Source: Euglena gracilis
Lineage: Eukaryota
Reading direction: 5' to 3'
Length of the DNA stretch: 64,000 nucleotides
Assembly (NCBI GenBank): GCA_039621445.1
Contig: CP154954.1
Coordinates: 47,099,847-47,163,846 of the forward strand
A program made the position numbers and the translations under genes. Positions 1 to 13,200 of this stretch are shown here, piece by piece (the first letter of the stretch is position 1; each line of letters starts with the position of its first letter). Below the pieces are notes generated by a model. The model saw nothing but the letters and a program-made list of their open reading frames with translations, ran no database searches and was not told the origin of the DNA.

Positions 1-144
1 GTGTTGGCTGTCAATGACACTGGGGTTGGGGACACGGGGGGGGGGGGGCTCTGGCTGCAGTACGTCGGACAGTTGCACCCTAAAATTTTGGCTTTAGTTT
101 GGTTCCAGGCCTTGTGACTTTTCAACCAATTGAGCTGGAGGAGG

Positions 145-350
145 AATTGAATTTTTGGTACTTGTTCGCTGCACGACCGCCCGAAATTTTTCTAAGTCGG
201 AAGTTTTAGGGTTATTGAAGGAGTAGGGTTAGGTGCGCGCATGGCCATGTTGCGCAACATGGCCATGTGCGCACCTAACCCTACTCCTTCAAATAACGCC
301 ATAATAAACTGGCGGTCGTGCAGTGAACAAGGACCGAATTTTTTTCAATG
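145..350. repeat. Long imperfect palindrome / foldback element centred at 253-254
   Basis: gaaggagtagggttaggtgcgcgcatggccatgttgc mirrored by gcaacatggccatgtgcgcacctaaccctactccttc; outer arms cttgttcgctgcacgaccgcc / ggcggtcgtgcagtgaacaag. Confidence 0.85.
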
Positions 351-960
351 TGGGGAGGATGGTCGTCCAGACCATCATGCCACCATCGTGCTCGCTGGCG
401 GCTGGTTGCATGTGTTGGTGCGACCACCCAAAAGTCCATAGCCAATTCCCGCTCATATGCAAGTGTTTCACACCACAGGTGGGGGGGAGGAACCACCCCC
501 TCAACCCCCACCCAAAGTTCAATGGGCGGAGGTGCTTGGAGTTTTTTCCTGCATTTTTTGTTGCGTATCTCCCCTGTGGTTGGGGGGTCTGAAGCAATTT
601 AGGTGGGCTTGTGCTGTCCAGCAGCCCAATTGGACGAGGCGGTTCGGACCAAAAACAATTCCCGCTTCTTTTTAAGGAACCCCCCCCCGACCCACAAACT
701 CTTTCTTAAAATATTTTTGGAGGGTTTGACCAAAATCCATTGATCTGAGACCATCCTTGGTCGAGTGGCCAGAGTGACTGACCCTGAGTTGGAAGTGGGC
801 GACTGGGTTTCAAAAAGTGACCACCCGTACTTTGAGGTGCAAAGGACAATGGGGGGGGGTGATGTATGTCATGGGGGGGTGATGTATGTCACACCTGACG
901 ATTGGGATCATACCACAGCAAACAAAATGGGGGATGCCAACTGGTTTTTTTTTTGAGGTG

Positions 961-987
961 AACTGACTTGCTCCCTTTCTCAATCAG
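961..987 (+). promoter_or_regulatory. Splice acceptor upstream of the COPB1 ATG (spliced-leader trans-splice site or 5'UTR intron end)
   Basis: ctgac branch-like motif, pyrimidine tract and CAG ending 15 nt before the ATG. Confidence 0.55.
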
Positions 988-1002
988 CACTCAACAACAA
1001 CA

Positions 1003-1203
1003 ATGTCACAAACTCAAGAGACGCAGTGCACACAGCTCATCCATTATGATGGTGTCCACATTGGCCAAAAGGAATTGAAGGAGGCTCTGGAAAAGGGCAA
1101 CACGGATTCCCAAGTTGAGCACATGAAGCAGATGATCATGCTCCATCTCAATGGTGAACCTCAAAGTGCCATGCTGATGACTTTCATCCGATTTGTGCTA
1201 CCC
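1003..1203 (+). CDS. COPB1: COPB1 exon 1 (MSQTQ...FIRFVLP)
   Basis: ATG at 1003; [15 protein letters not shown] matches the beta-COP N-terminus. Confidence 0.93.
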
Positions 1204-4200
1204 AGCCAGGCTCGTGTTTGAAGGGTCAAGGTTGCAAGCGGTGAAAAAGCAATGGCCACCACATCGGAAAGAACAGGTCACTAGTTGTAGGAAGTAGGAA
1301 GTTTCCTCCCTAACCCTGAGGTCATCACTCTGCGTAAGGTCCATCCTTCGTCAAATCAAGCCTGGTGTTAAGCAAGATCACAAATTGAAGAAGTTGACTC
1401 TTTATTTTCTGGAGATCATCGACAAAACCGACTCCTCCGGCAAGTTGCTGCCAGAGATGATATTGGTCTGCAATTTCATCCGAAATGACCTTCAGCACGC
1501 CAATGAATATGTTCGAGGCTGCACCCTCCGATTTGTGAGCAAAATCCGTGAACAGGAATTGGTGGAGCCCCTGACAGATTCAATCATGGCAAACTTGGAC
1601 CACAGGTGTGTATCCCCTTTCGTGATGACACTATCGCAGGGGGAACACTTGAATGGAAAAAATTGTGGGTAATATTCTGAACAAAATTTTGTCCAGAATT
1701 TTTTCTGCCGTTTTAAGGATCCGCCCAGAATTTTTCCGGCAAACTGAAGGAGAATGGTGAAGTCCAATTTTTTTCTTCGGCGCTTTGTGTTGATTCTTAG
1801 AATGCATTTTTGTTCCAAACCCCCTGTTAGATGGTGTATTGGAGGCTAGGCACAGAGGGGGAGGGGAGTCCGAGGGCGACCGTGCGCACCACGCGGAGCC
1901 TAAAAGCGGTGATTTTGGGTCCAAAAAGTGGTAATTTTTGGCCATTTTTGGACCATTTTCGATCAAAAAAATGCTTTTAGGGCCGTGCGCAGAGCGCGCG
2001 GCACCCAAATTTGCCATTTTATATCCGAAAATGGTCATTTTTGGCCACTTTTGGATAGTTCAATCAGAAGAATGGTCAGAAAAATCAGAATCGGACCATT
2101 TGGCACTGTCTGATGATGTTGAATCCCTCTAATCATCTGACACACACAAATGTCGTGGAGTTTGCCTATCCTTCATCATGAAAATTTGCCAAAAAGTTTC
2201 AAAAAAATTCTACACACAAATTGTGGCTGAGCCCAGATTTCAGCCTGAAAACGTGTTCAGGGGGCCCCCTTCGGGCCCCCTCCTGAACACGTCTTCAGGC
2301 TGAAATCTGGGCTCAGCCACAATTTGTTTAAAAACGTGTTCAGAGCCCGCCAAATGCCTGCCCTGAAGTTCGTGGTCATGATTCACGCAAGGGGTCAAAA
2401 ACGGGAAAAAGTGAAATTCGGACCCAAAAAACGGTGCCCTAATGGAAAACGTGCCTGACCACAGATCCCTTTACTACAAAAAAGGGGTGGCGGATGCCGG
2501 TTCTGTCCAAAACCTGGCGTTCCGGACGCCGGGTTTTGGACAGAACCGGCGTCCGCCACCCCTTGTTTAAACCGGCGTTTTAGAGACGCCGGGTTCAGGA
2601 CAGAACCGGCGTCCCCAGGGGTGTAGAAAGTGGGGGTCGGGGGGGGGGCGGCCACCCCCCCCCCCCCCGGGGTTTTGGAAAGAAAATTTTTTTCTTTGCA
2701 ATGCCATGATCAATGGTTCAAAGGGCGTTACCATCTCGGCTGCCTTCGGCAGCCACCTTACCAGTCAAAATCACATTTCTGGAAAATGAAATTGCAAAAG
2801 CCATTACCGTCTCGGCCGCCCTTGGCGGCCGAAATAAAGCCCTTGAGGAAATGCTCATTTCACCTCCTTGAAACCCATGGCACTTCTTGATGTCTAATTT
2901 TGGCCACAAACCGACTCCTTTCCCCTCCTTTGATACTAATTGTTTTTTTTTGGGACCCCACAAACCACTTTCACCTTGGATGTTTGAATACAAACCGATT
3001 CCCCATGCGTCCCCCCCCCTCCATTTTCTTGACCAGCTGGGTTTGGGGAAACTCTGCAGGTCAATTTCAATGAAAAAAACAATTTGCGCAAAGTGAAAAA
3101 AATCGCTCCTTCGCCCCCCCCCCCCATCCCAGGTTGCAAAGTCGACAGTTGGGTTGAGTTGGGAGGTTTCCAAAGGGGTTCTACCCATTGACTTCACTTC
3201 GGAAGTGCACAGGGGGGTCCTGAGACCCCCCCCCCCGTGTACCTGGATGTGCTTGATCACTTCGGGAAAAAACCGAAAAACGGAACGACGGGCGAACACC
3301 GAAAAGGGCATTTTTTTCAAAAAAATTTCGGCGCCTTCGGCGCCGGACCCCCCCTCCCCCCCTCCGGGAAGTCAACATGTCCAGTTCAGTTCGGAAGTGA
3401 ACAGGGGGGCCCGGGACCCCCCCTCCCCCCTGTACCTGGGCTCCATTGGGCTTCAAAGAGACGCCAGCGTCTCGGCCCCTTTGGGGCCAGGAGGACAGAG
3501 AAAAATTCATTTTGGTTGTGCCAAGAAAATTTTTTGGCTCGCCCCCCCCGGGGAAAAATTGTTCCTACACCTATGGGCGTCCCCACCCATCGCTCAAAGG
3601 ACACTCCCAGGACCAATCCCCGACCACTTATCTGCAATGTCACGCCACTTTGCATTTCACCAAATTCCGGCGATCGCGAGTGTATTTCTGGCTGTTTCAA
3701 TCGTCCAGGTACAAAGTCACCCCTCAATCGAAAGCCCCTTTCATCAGACGACTGGCGATCACCACCAAATTCAGCCACGCCGCCTGGAGCTCTTATTTTC
3801 TGTCAGTGTAAAATCCTGATTTCACAACTCTGGTGCCCCCCCAGGACCCCTCAGGTGGTCGATTCGAAGAGAAAAAACGTTTCTGTAAGGTTTATTCAGC
3901 ATCTTAAACCAAAAATCGCTGAAAATTGCCACAAATTTCGACTCAGATTCTGGCCGATCCGACGATCGCGAGCGTATCTCGGGCTGTGTGCAACGTTAGG
4001 GTGCCAAGTTACCCCTGGATCGAAAGCTCTTTTCAACAGACGACCAGCGGTGCTCATCAGATCTTTCCACGCTGCACGGTACTCTATTTCCAAATCTGGG
4101 CCAATTTTCACCAAATTTGGATATCCACCCCAGTGGTCCCCAGATGGCAAAATTCATTGTCCTAGATGGTTGAAACACTCATACGAGCACCTTAGGGACA

Positions 4201-7200
4201 TTTTTGGGCACTTTTAGTGACATTTTTTTGGAATGAAAACCGGACGCCGGGTTTTGGACAAAACCGGCGTTCCTAACGCCGGGTTTTAGGACAGAACCGG
4301 CGCCGGAAAACCCGTGGGGGGGACGCCGGTTCTGTCCTGAACCCGGCGTCTCAAACGCCGGTTTAATGGAAAACGTGTCATTGCCACAAATGCCCTCATG
4401 GAAAACGTGCCTGAACACAGATGCCTTAATGGAAAACGTGTTCATGACCACGAATTTCAGGGCAGGCATTTGGCGGGCTGAACACGTTTTTAAAGAATTT
4501 CCGGTGCCGGGCCAGCCACTTTTTCATTTTCGGGCCTACCCCACCCCCCCCCCCAGGGAAGGGGGGTCTTGGCCAGAAAACCAGTCAGTCACTCTGAAAA
4601 ACCAGTCAGTCACCCCCCGGGGGGATGGGGTGGGACAGGTGTTAAGCAATGGTATGGACCCCGTTTGGCAGGTGTCTCAACCCCCCCAGGAAGTTCAAAA
4701 AAGCAGTTGAACTGCATGGAAGAGGAATACCCTTCAGATAGTTTCCCAAGACACTGATCTGATGCTGCTCAGATTGGGAATTTTTTGCAAAAATTTTGGA
4801 CATTTTAGATTTCCACTTTTCCTGTAGGGTTCTGGAAGCGTTTTGAACTGGACCAAGGCTTAATTTTGGGGTCATATGATCACAACTCGCTGAAATCAGG
4901 ATGTCCTGTTTCATTTTTTTTTGAACATACGGGGTTATTTGGCAACTGTTGAAATAGATGGATACGATCCCGATCGTCTGGATGTTCGCTTATATATCAA
5001 GGACTGTGTCCCAGGCACCGGCTTCACGCCTGAACCCGCTCTGGGATACAGTTTTTTGAAAGGTTTCTAGGGCGCTCCGGCTTCACGCCCGAACCGGCGG
5101 CTGAGGAACCACGGCCAATTTCGCCCCAAATCCCCATGTTCGGGGCACTTTTGGGCAACTTTGGGCCGCCGGTCGAAATTGGGAGATTCCACACTTCTGA
5201 AGCCATGTTGTTCATAAATTGAAAGCTCTTCTCAAGGGCTTTCGACAGATGTCCACAGAATTCGGCCATAACGCACATAGCTCTTATTTTCAGCGATCGT
5301 GTATTCCCGAATTTGACATATTAATTTGTCAAATCCCACAGTTCAGGGTAACCCCCCCCCAAATAATACCCCCCAAATAATACCCCCCCCCCCCCCGTGG
5401 TATTATTTTTCCCCCCGAAGTCCCGGCCCAAGGGGGGGGGGTATTATTTCCCAAAAATTTTCGAAATTTTTCGAAGTTCCGTAGGAGCAAAAATAGCGCC
5501 AAAAAAATCCTTTGGGGTCATTTTTTGCACTTTCTCATGAAATTTAGCTTTTTTTGGAGACCAGATGATCCAGAAAATCGATTTTTTTCGTAATTTTTTG
5601 CAAGATATTGTGATTTTACCTGCATTTTTCAGGTCAAAAATCCGGGACTTCGGCCCGAAACCGGGGGGGGGGTATTATTTAGAGGGGGGAAAAATTGCGC
5701 CGTGCAATTTTTGCAATTTTGTGCAATTTTCGATTTTCCCGAAATGTGCAATTTTTTGCAATCTTGTGCAATTAATTGCACATGGCCCAGGACAATTTGT
5801 TTTGGAAAATGTCAGTTTTTGATGCAATTGAGAAGTTACCTTTTTTTTTTCTGGAGGTGTTGGACATTTACCCCCACACGCCCCCCCCCCACCCCCCCCA
5901 CAATGGATTAGTGTAGGAGCCAGTTTTTGCAATATATGGGTAGCAGGGGTAGTTTTTGCTAGGACACTGATGTGCGTAGTGAAAATTTCCGTTCAAAGGC
6001 TGTTTATTGTTGGTTTACTCAGTTTTCAAACCCAATCGGCCAATTGGCAAAGGAGCAATAGGCATTCTACAAATAGGCTTGTATTTTGTGCCTTGGTAAT
6101 TTCTAAGTATGAATTGTTGTGTCTTCCGCTGGATGATGAACAAGTTCAGGATGAATGGCGTAAGTGTTGCCATGGCATATTGCCACGGCTGATTTGTGTT
6201 GCAACTTTTTGGGCGAACCGACCAGGGTAAATTGGCAAAATATGCAGCTTTTCTGGTTTCTGGTATGGCTTTTCTGGTATGTGCAATTTTGTGCAATTTT
6301 GTGCAATTTTGTGCAATTTTGTGCAATTTTTTGCACTGCAATTTTTGACCTCCCGATGTGCAATTTCTCTCCCCTGTATTATTTCGGCGGCCGAAGTCGG
6401 ACCCGAGGGGGGGGTATTATTTGGGGGGAGGGTTTACATATTCCATATCAAACGAAAGCTCTCACCAAGACCTTTCGCTTGGAACCCACAGAACTCAGCC
6501 ACATTGCACAGCTCTCTGAAAATCAGCGATCACATTTTCCGACCCTGTTTGAAAATTTGAAATTCCACCTTTCAGCTGCCATGTTGCCCATCGATCGAAA
6601 GCTCTTCTCAAGGGCTTTCAGCAGATGGCCTTAGATTTCTGCCACGCTGCATGGTATTCTATTTTAGAAATCCCCAATATTAGCCAAAGGGAAATTATTG
6701 CGCAAAACCCCCCAATTTCTAGTCTAAGACCCCCCAAAAACTGCTCGAATATGATTACCACATGTCTACAAATCCTTTTGGACACTTTTTGGCACTTTTT
6801 ATTTTGGATCCCCCAGACGCTGGCTTCTTGCCCGAACTGGCGTCGGGTTCGGGCGTGAAGCCGGAGCCCCCAGACACGGTTTCAAACAAAAAATTGGCAG
6901 GGTGCATCACCCATTTTTTCATTCCCTTGAAGAATATGGCACCCCCACACAGTGGGGCGAGTTTGCTGGTGGGGGCACCAATGTTTGCAATACCTCCCAA
7001 AACAGTGCATTTATCTTGGCAACTGGCAATTTCTCCCAAAAATTTTCATGCTCTGGAGAACTCTCTGAGCACATCCCCAAGGGTCTTGTGGATCCCCTGC
7101 TGGAGGTGGGGTTTGGCCATTTTTGGCCATATTTTTCTTTGCAAAACACCGAAAAATTTCTCTGCCGCAAAATTGCGTGTGTCCGTGGCCCCAAAAGTGG

Positions 7201-10200
7201 GTCCCCAGATCCCCCCTCCCCCGGAGTCATAGGGGGGGGGAACCCTCTTAGCATCGTTTCCCCCCCACCCCGGAGTCTCAGATGCATTTCACCAGCGTGT
7301 TGTTTTTTTCTGCCATCCTGCTCAGGCACTCTTATGTGCGGCGCAACGCAGTGCTGTATGCAAGGAGTTCCTTGTGTTTATTGTTCATTTGCTTTTGACC
7401 CAAACGCCACAAAAATTCCCGGGGCATTGATGATGTAATGACCTCAGTGACATGTGTGGGTTTCAAAATCAAAATGATTCACCTACTTTTGAAATGAAAC
7501 AAAAGTCAAAGCAAGAAACAAATTCATCCATTTCCCCTTCACGGCAAAGTTGAATGCCACTTCACCAACCACCCATTTGTGTCATCCCCTCACTGTCATT
7601 TTGGTTCAACCATTTCTGTTTCCTCGAAATGTTACCACCCCTCCTTTTCTCCCTGGATGGTTTTCTGGCGTTACTTCATGCTGTTGGTACGTTTATATTA
7701 TGTTGTCTCTGTTTTGGGTTCAGTCAAGGGGCCCGGCCATCCTCTCCCTCCTCTGGAACTTATTGATTTTGTTTGATGGCTGTGTATCAGCGCTTTCCTC
7801 ATTTGTTCCCGGATGCTCCAGAGCCAGGCCTTAACTTCAGGATTTGCAGTCCCCCCCCCCAGGGCTGTGTGGGAATTCCCGATGGTGGGGTAGACCCCAA
7901 CCCCCTTCCTGGGTTGATGGGGAGGGTCCGGTCCGACAACCGGAGGGGGGGGGGATATGTGGAGCGCATATTTTGTGCCAGATTTTGTGCATTTTTACAT
8001 ATTTAGCGCATATTTCACTTATTTGGCAAAAAAGTGCATATTGAACTTGTTTTAACCATTTTAGGCGATTTGTTTTCATTTTGGGGCATTTTTGGCCAAT
8101 TTTTTTTTGCCAGTTTTGGTCCATTTTGGGCCATTCTGAGCCACTGTGGCATTTATTTGGTCATTTGGGCTATTTTCCATCGCAAAATCATCCCAATGCT
8201 GAAAACGACCGCAAAAATGGCCAAAAGGCAGTCAAAACGATCCAAAATGGCCCGAAATGATTGTGACGGTCCCAATAAAAATAAGCTGTGGAAAATATGC
8301 GGAAAATATGCGAGAATGGGCAAAATGTGTAGTAGGAAATTCCTGCAGCCCACCAAAATACGAGCTAAATATGCACAAAAATATGCGAAATATGCGAAAA
8401 AAAGAAATATTGTGGCCGGTTGTGAGCTAATTTCACCCCAAAATGCCCGAAATGGCTTGAAATGAATCACCTGAACATGTCCAAACGTGGCCCGATTTTG
8501 GAAAAATCACATATTTTCCGCATATTTTCCTGCATATTTAGCGCACATTCCCGCATGTTCTTTCGTATATTTTGGGGGGAGGTGGGGGGGCGCCAGGGGC
8601 AGGCACCCATCCGACCCCCCGGGGGGGGGGGCAGGGTTTTTGGGGGCCTGCCCATAGCAGGCACCTCCCTCCGACCCCGGCCCAGAAAGGCCATTTTCAA
8701 TGAAAATTTTCTGGGTCCCCCCCCCCCGGGGGGTGCCTGCTAGGGGCAGGTACCCTATAGCACCCACCCACCCCCTCCCCCCCCGGTCGGTAAGCACAAG
8801 CGTGCCCCCTCCTTTCCTGGCCTTTCCCCCGGAGGTGTGGACTACAGCTGGGTAGTCATCCCTGTGAAACGCTGTAGGAAGTTTTTCCCAGTCGGGGGTG
8901 AGCTTTTTTCAAACGAGCGAAAATCCCAATCCATCGGGCCCTTGGGGGTTCCTCAAGCAAAGGCTTGTCCAAAGCTTGTTGAAGCCTCCTTGGACAAGGA
9001 GTCCTGCCAGGCAGTTTCTTTTGTCGAGTTATTGCCATTCTTACCAATGTTGACCGATTTGAATATTCCTTGTGGAGTTCATGTTCAGGGGATTATTGAG
9101 GTGACAGGACACCTTTGGGCACATTTGAAATTGGCTTCATGTTTGAACTTTAAAAATTTTCTTTTCATTTTTGTTGACAGAAAAGAACAGGAAGGTGTTA
9201 ACGTCCCGAACATGCCTTTTTTTGACAATGATGTGGCAAATCGATTTCTGCATTTTGGCCTTTTTTCCTGATATTGCCTGCCCCAGATGTCACCACAAAG
9301 CGAAACTCTTTCTTGATGCTTTTCAACTGTGCCCAGGAGCGCGCTGTTCGTTATTTGCGAAAGGTGTGACCTTTCTCCTTTGCTACTTGTCTCAGAGATT
9401 CAGAGCTCAATTTGTTCAAATATCCAAGGGTCGGCTCTTTATTGACTTTGGTTCTTTTTCTTTGCAGGCAATTGATGTCGACATTGACCTTGCTGGGGAG
9501 CCTTTCCAGTTGGCACTTGTGGATTTACTGCGTCATCTCTGCAAGACCAGCCCTGCTGAGAAGGCCAAGTACTTGTCAGTGATATTCGACTGGGAAGACG
9601 TTGCAGTGAGTGCTTGCATTGAATCATCCCACCTGGCATTGCACACCTCTTCCCAGCCCCAATCTGCTCTCTTCCCGCCACGCGGCAGTGCTTTTCCAGT
9701 GCGCATCAACGCTGCAATCCCTGGCGTCATCCCGGACTGCAATCCGAGAGGCTGCCCACACCTTTGTGAAGCTTTTGACAACCCATGCTGACAATAACGT
9801 GAAGCTCATTGTTATCGATCGTTTGGAAGCCATAAAAAAGAGGTGTGTTCATGTGACTTTGTGGTTGATGCTACAATGTAGTCATCTCCTCATGTTTGAG
9901 CTATTTCTCAACATATCCAGTGCAAACATTTGCACCAGTTTTATTGGCATTACCCCAAATCCCAGAAGATTCCTTGGTGCTTGGGACAATTTTCTTCCCA
10001 GATTAGGCAAAGTGCCCTCTTTTTTGAATTTAAAAAAGCTGCTTTTTGTTGGAGACAGCCGATATTTTCCACTGTGGATAAAATTTGTGAACACCCAACC
10101 CAATCTCTAATTTTAATAACCAGGAAGAATCCACAGTGGTTTGAATACCGCCTTTCACGCCACCTTAAAGTAATGGTGGAAACCAATTTTGAGCTGCCTC

Positions 10201-13200
10201 TTGCATATTTTCCACATGGTCCAACCCTGCTGCAGGTTCCCTGACATCTTGTGTGAGCTTCTGACTGATTTGTTGCGGACTCTGGCCTCCCCCAACATGG
10301 ACCTGAGACGGAGGATCCTGGACCTGTCTCTGGATTTGACCACCAACCAGAATGTGGAGAAGGCGGTGCAGTTTTTGAAGAAGGAGGTGCTGCGGATGCA
10401 GGTGTGAAAAGCTGCTGTGGTCCGAAGTGGCGAAGTGGCAAAGTGATGAAGTGGCGATGTGCAATTAGAAGATTCACCAAAGTGGCATTTTGCGTAACAC
10501 ATTTGGCTGCTGAATGAGCTGGTTCTATTTTGCTGGGATGTTTTTTTGGGGGGGATTCAGCAGGTCCCAGGAACCAAATTTGGAGCAATTTATGTTGGAA
10601 AATAATTTCCCCCATTTCACATGACTTTTTTTTTCCAGAGGGACATTTGCAATGTGAATTTATTATGTGCAGTGACAAATACATATTCATAATCTGCCCA
10701 ATAATGCACCCCAAAATAATATATACATATATATATATACAAATATATGTATATGTATATGTATATTAGGGGGGTGTATGAAATATATATACCCCCCCTG
10801 GCTTCTGGTTTTGGATGCTCAAATAATATTCTCTTATGTTGTAATGGTATACAAGTTATGTAAACAAGAAAGATGTGAACCCCAGTCAGGTTTATATAAA
10901 CTCTGTGTGTGTTCATGTTGCAAATGTATAAGAGAGAGATTTTGAGCGCGATTGTGTCTTAAGATGGATACATACACAAAATTGGCCCCCCCAAAATTCT
11001 TGGGCAGTTTCTGAAGTTGACACTTTTTTTTGATGCTTTGATTTATATGTTGATGATTTCTTGATTTTATTGCACCAATCATTTTTGTCAAAGTATGCTC
11101 TTTTGGAACGGTTGATGATTTTCCCCTTGCTTGATTTTCTCCTGAGGTGTGGCAGGGAGGTATCACCATGCCCCCCTTTCGAGCTGACCCCCCCCCCCCC
11201 CGAGCTATTCCCACTGGGGGGGAACTGTCATTGCATTTTTTTTTTAATGAAGGACATGCAAAAACATGGCCAAAAAATCGATGTTTTCTGGACTTTTCAA
11301 AAATTCCTTTTTGGCAAATGTGCTTGAAATTTACCATTTTTTTGCAAACATCCAACAAAAAAGTTGCCGAAAATGACCCCTTTTGGGCTGTCCGAGGTCA
11401 GTGTCTGGGAAAAGATCACTGGGGGGCCTAGGTGCCCCCGCACTGTTCCCATTGGGCCATAAAGGGTTCCCGGGGACGGGAATAGCTCAGGGGGGCATGG
11501 TATTTGGGAAGCTGGCTGGGGGATATCATTTGGAGGCGGGGTTCCCACTCTCAATCTCCTCTAACGTCAGGTGATTTTGCCATACAGGCGCTGTAAGTGT
11601 GCAATTGTTTAATTGAATGATGTCAAAAGTTTTGCCGTTTCTCTGTCTTGGAAGTTTGGCATATTTCTTCGGTGTGTAGAGTGTAAAGAAATGCAATTGT
11701 TGTGTGTTGTGTTTTTTTTTGGAGTTGATTCCAAAGTTGCTCACTGCAACTCTGTGGGAGTCATTTTGGTGAATAATATACCTTTTTATGTTGACATGAA
11801 GCTTCTATCCCTTGTGCAGGAGGATACGGCCATGGTGGACAAGCAGGCCAGCAATGAGTACCGCCAGCTCTTGGTCCGCAGCATCCACCAATGTACGGTG
11901 AAGCATCCCCATGTCGCAGGTCAGTTAGCAAAAAAAAAAGGGTAATATCCTCTTTTTTGGCTGTTCTGTTGAAGACGCCTGTGCAAGGCAAGGAGGACCC
12001 GGACGGTGGACTGGGGGGGGGGGGTTGTGGGTGGTCGGCCGACTACCCAATTGGTCGGCCGACTAGGCCTGGTTGGTAGCTAGTAGGTGATTTCAAACGT
12101 TGGATTTTGCCACTGGCAGTGCATTTTTTTTGTAAATGAATCCATAATAGAAAGGAATGAATACAATAATTGTATAACACATTTTTTGTAAAATTGTTCG
12201 AGTGGCTGGCTCCTAACCTTTCTTCAAAATCTATTTTACTTTGGGGTATGTCCTTTTGGTAAGCCTAGAGGGGGGGGGCTGCATGTGAGGAGCTTGAATC
12301 AACCCTCCTGCTCAACTGCTTGTGGTGGTCGAAGAGTCCTGTTCTAGATCATTCCCAAACTTTCAGGAAGGAGGCTTTCAATATTGAACAGGACAGAGCA
12401 CCATGAAAATATTTTGGGTTCCTCACAGGTCAAGGAACACATTGAGGTGAAAACATTCGCAACATTTATCGTGTCTTCAATCAAAATACTTTCAAAAAAA
12501 ACTCTTTCCCCTAAGAGTTTCCCCCTAAGAGCTTTGAAGGTAGATTTGGATTTGGAAGATTGGAATTGGAATTGAAATTGGATTTTTTTTGTATGCTTCA
12601 CCTAGGATGCCCCCTATAAGGCTCTTTCGGCAAACAAAGCTGATGTTGCCAAATGTCAAGTGGGCATTCTGGTCAGGACTCACATTTGCCAGACTAAAAT
12701 TCTTTTTCTCAGCAGCCATTTTCACAGACCTGAGGCACTCTGGAAACATAGGCTCGTGACAAAGATCTGTCAAGTGCAATGCCGAAGTGGCTTTGTTCCA
12801 ACTGGCTTGCTCACAGGACTGATTGTTCCCGTTTTGTCTGATTACCTGATCGACGTGGGCCCGTCTGCCGTGGACGTCATGCTCTTCATTCGCGAGATTC
12901 TGCTTCGACAGCCTCAACTTCGAGATGAGGTATTCCGTTTATCAAAATTGCGTCTTTGTACCCCATTTCCCTTGCTTGTGAGGAACGTTTGGTGTTCTTT
13001 GTCGTTCTTCGTGTTTACCTTTTTCGCCCTCCTTAGCCCCCAGAGTTTTAAGTTGGTTTTGTTCAGGGGGAGGTGAGGGGGTCCAGACCCCCCCAGGGCC
13101 AGACCCCCCCGTAGAACCATAAGTTTTTGTTCCCCGGCGCTTTGCGCTGGCAGACTTATACCCCCTACCCCATGTATAAACCTCCTGGAGTTCAAGTGAT

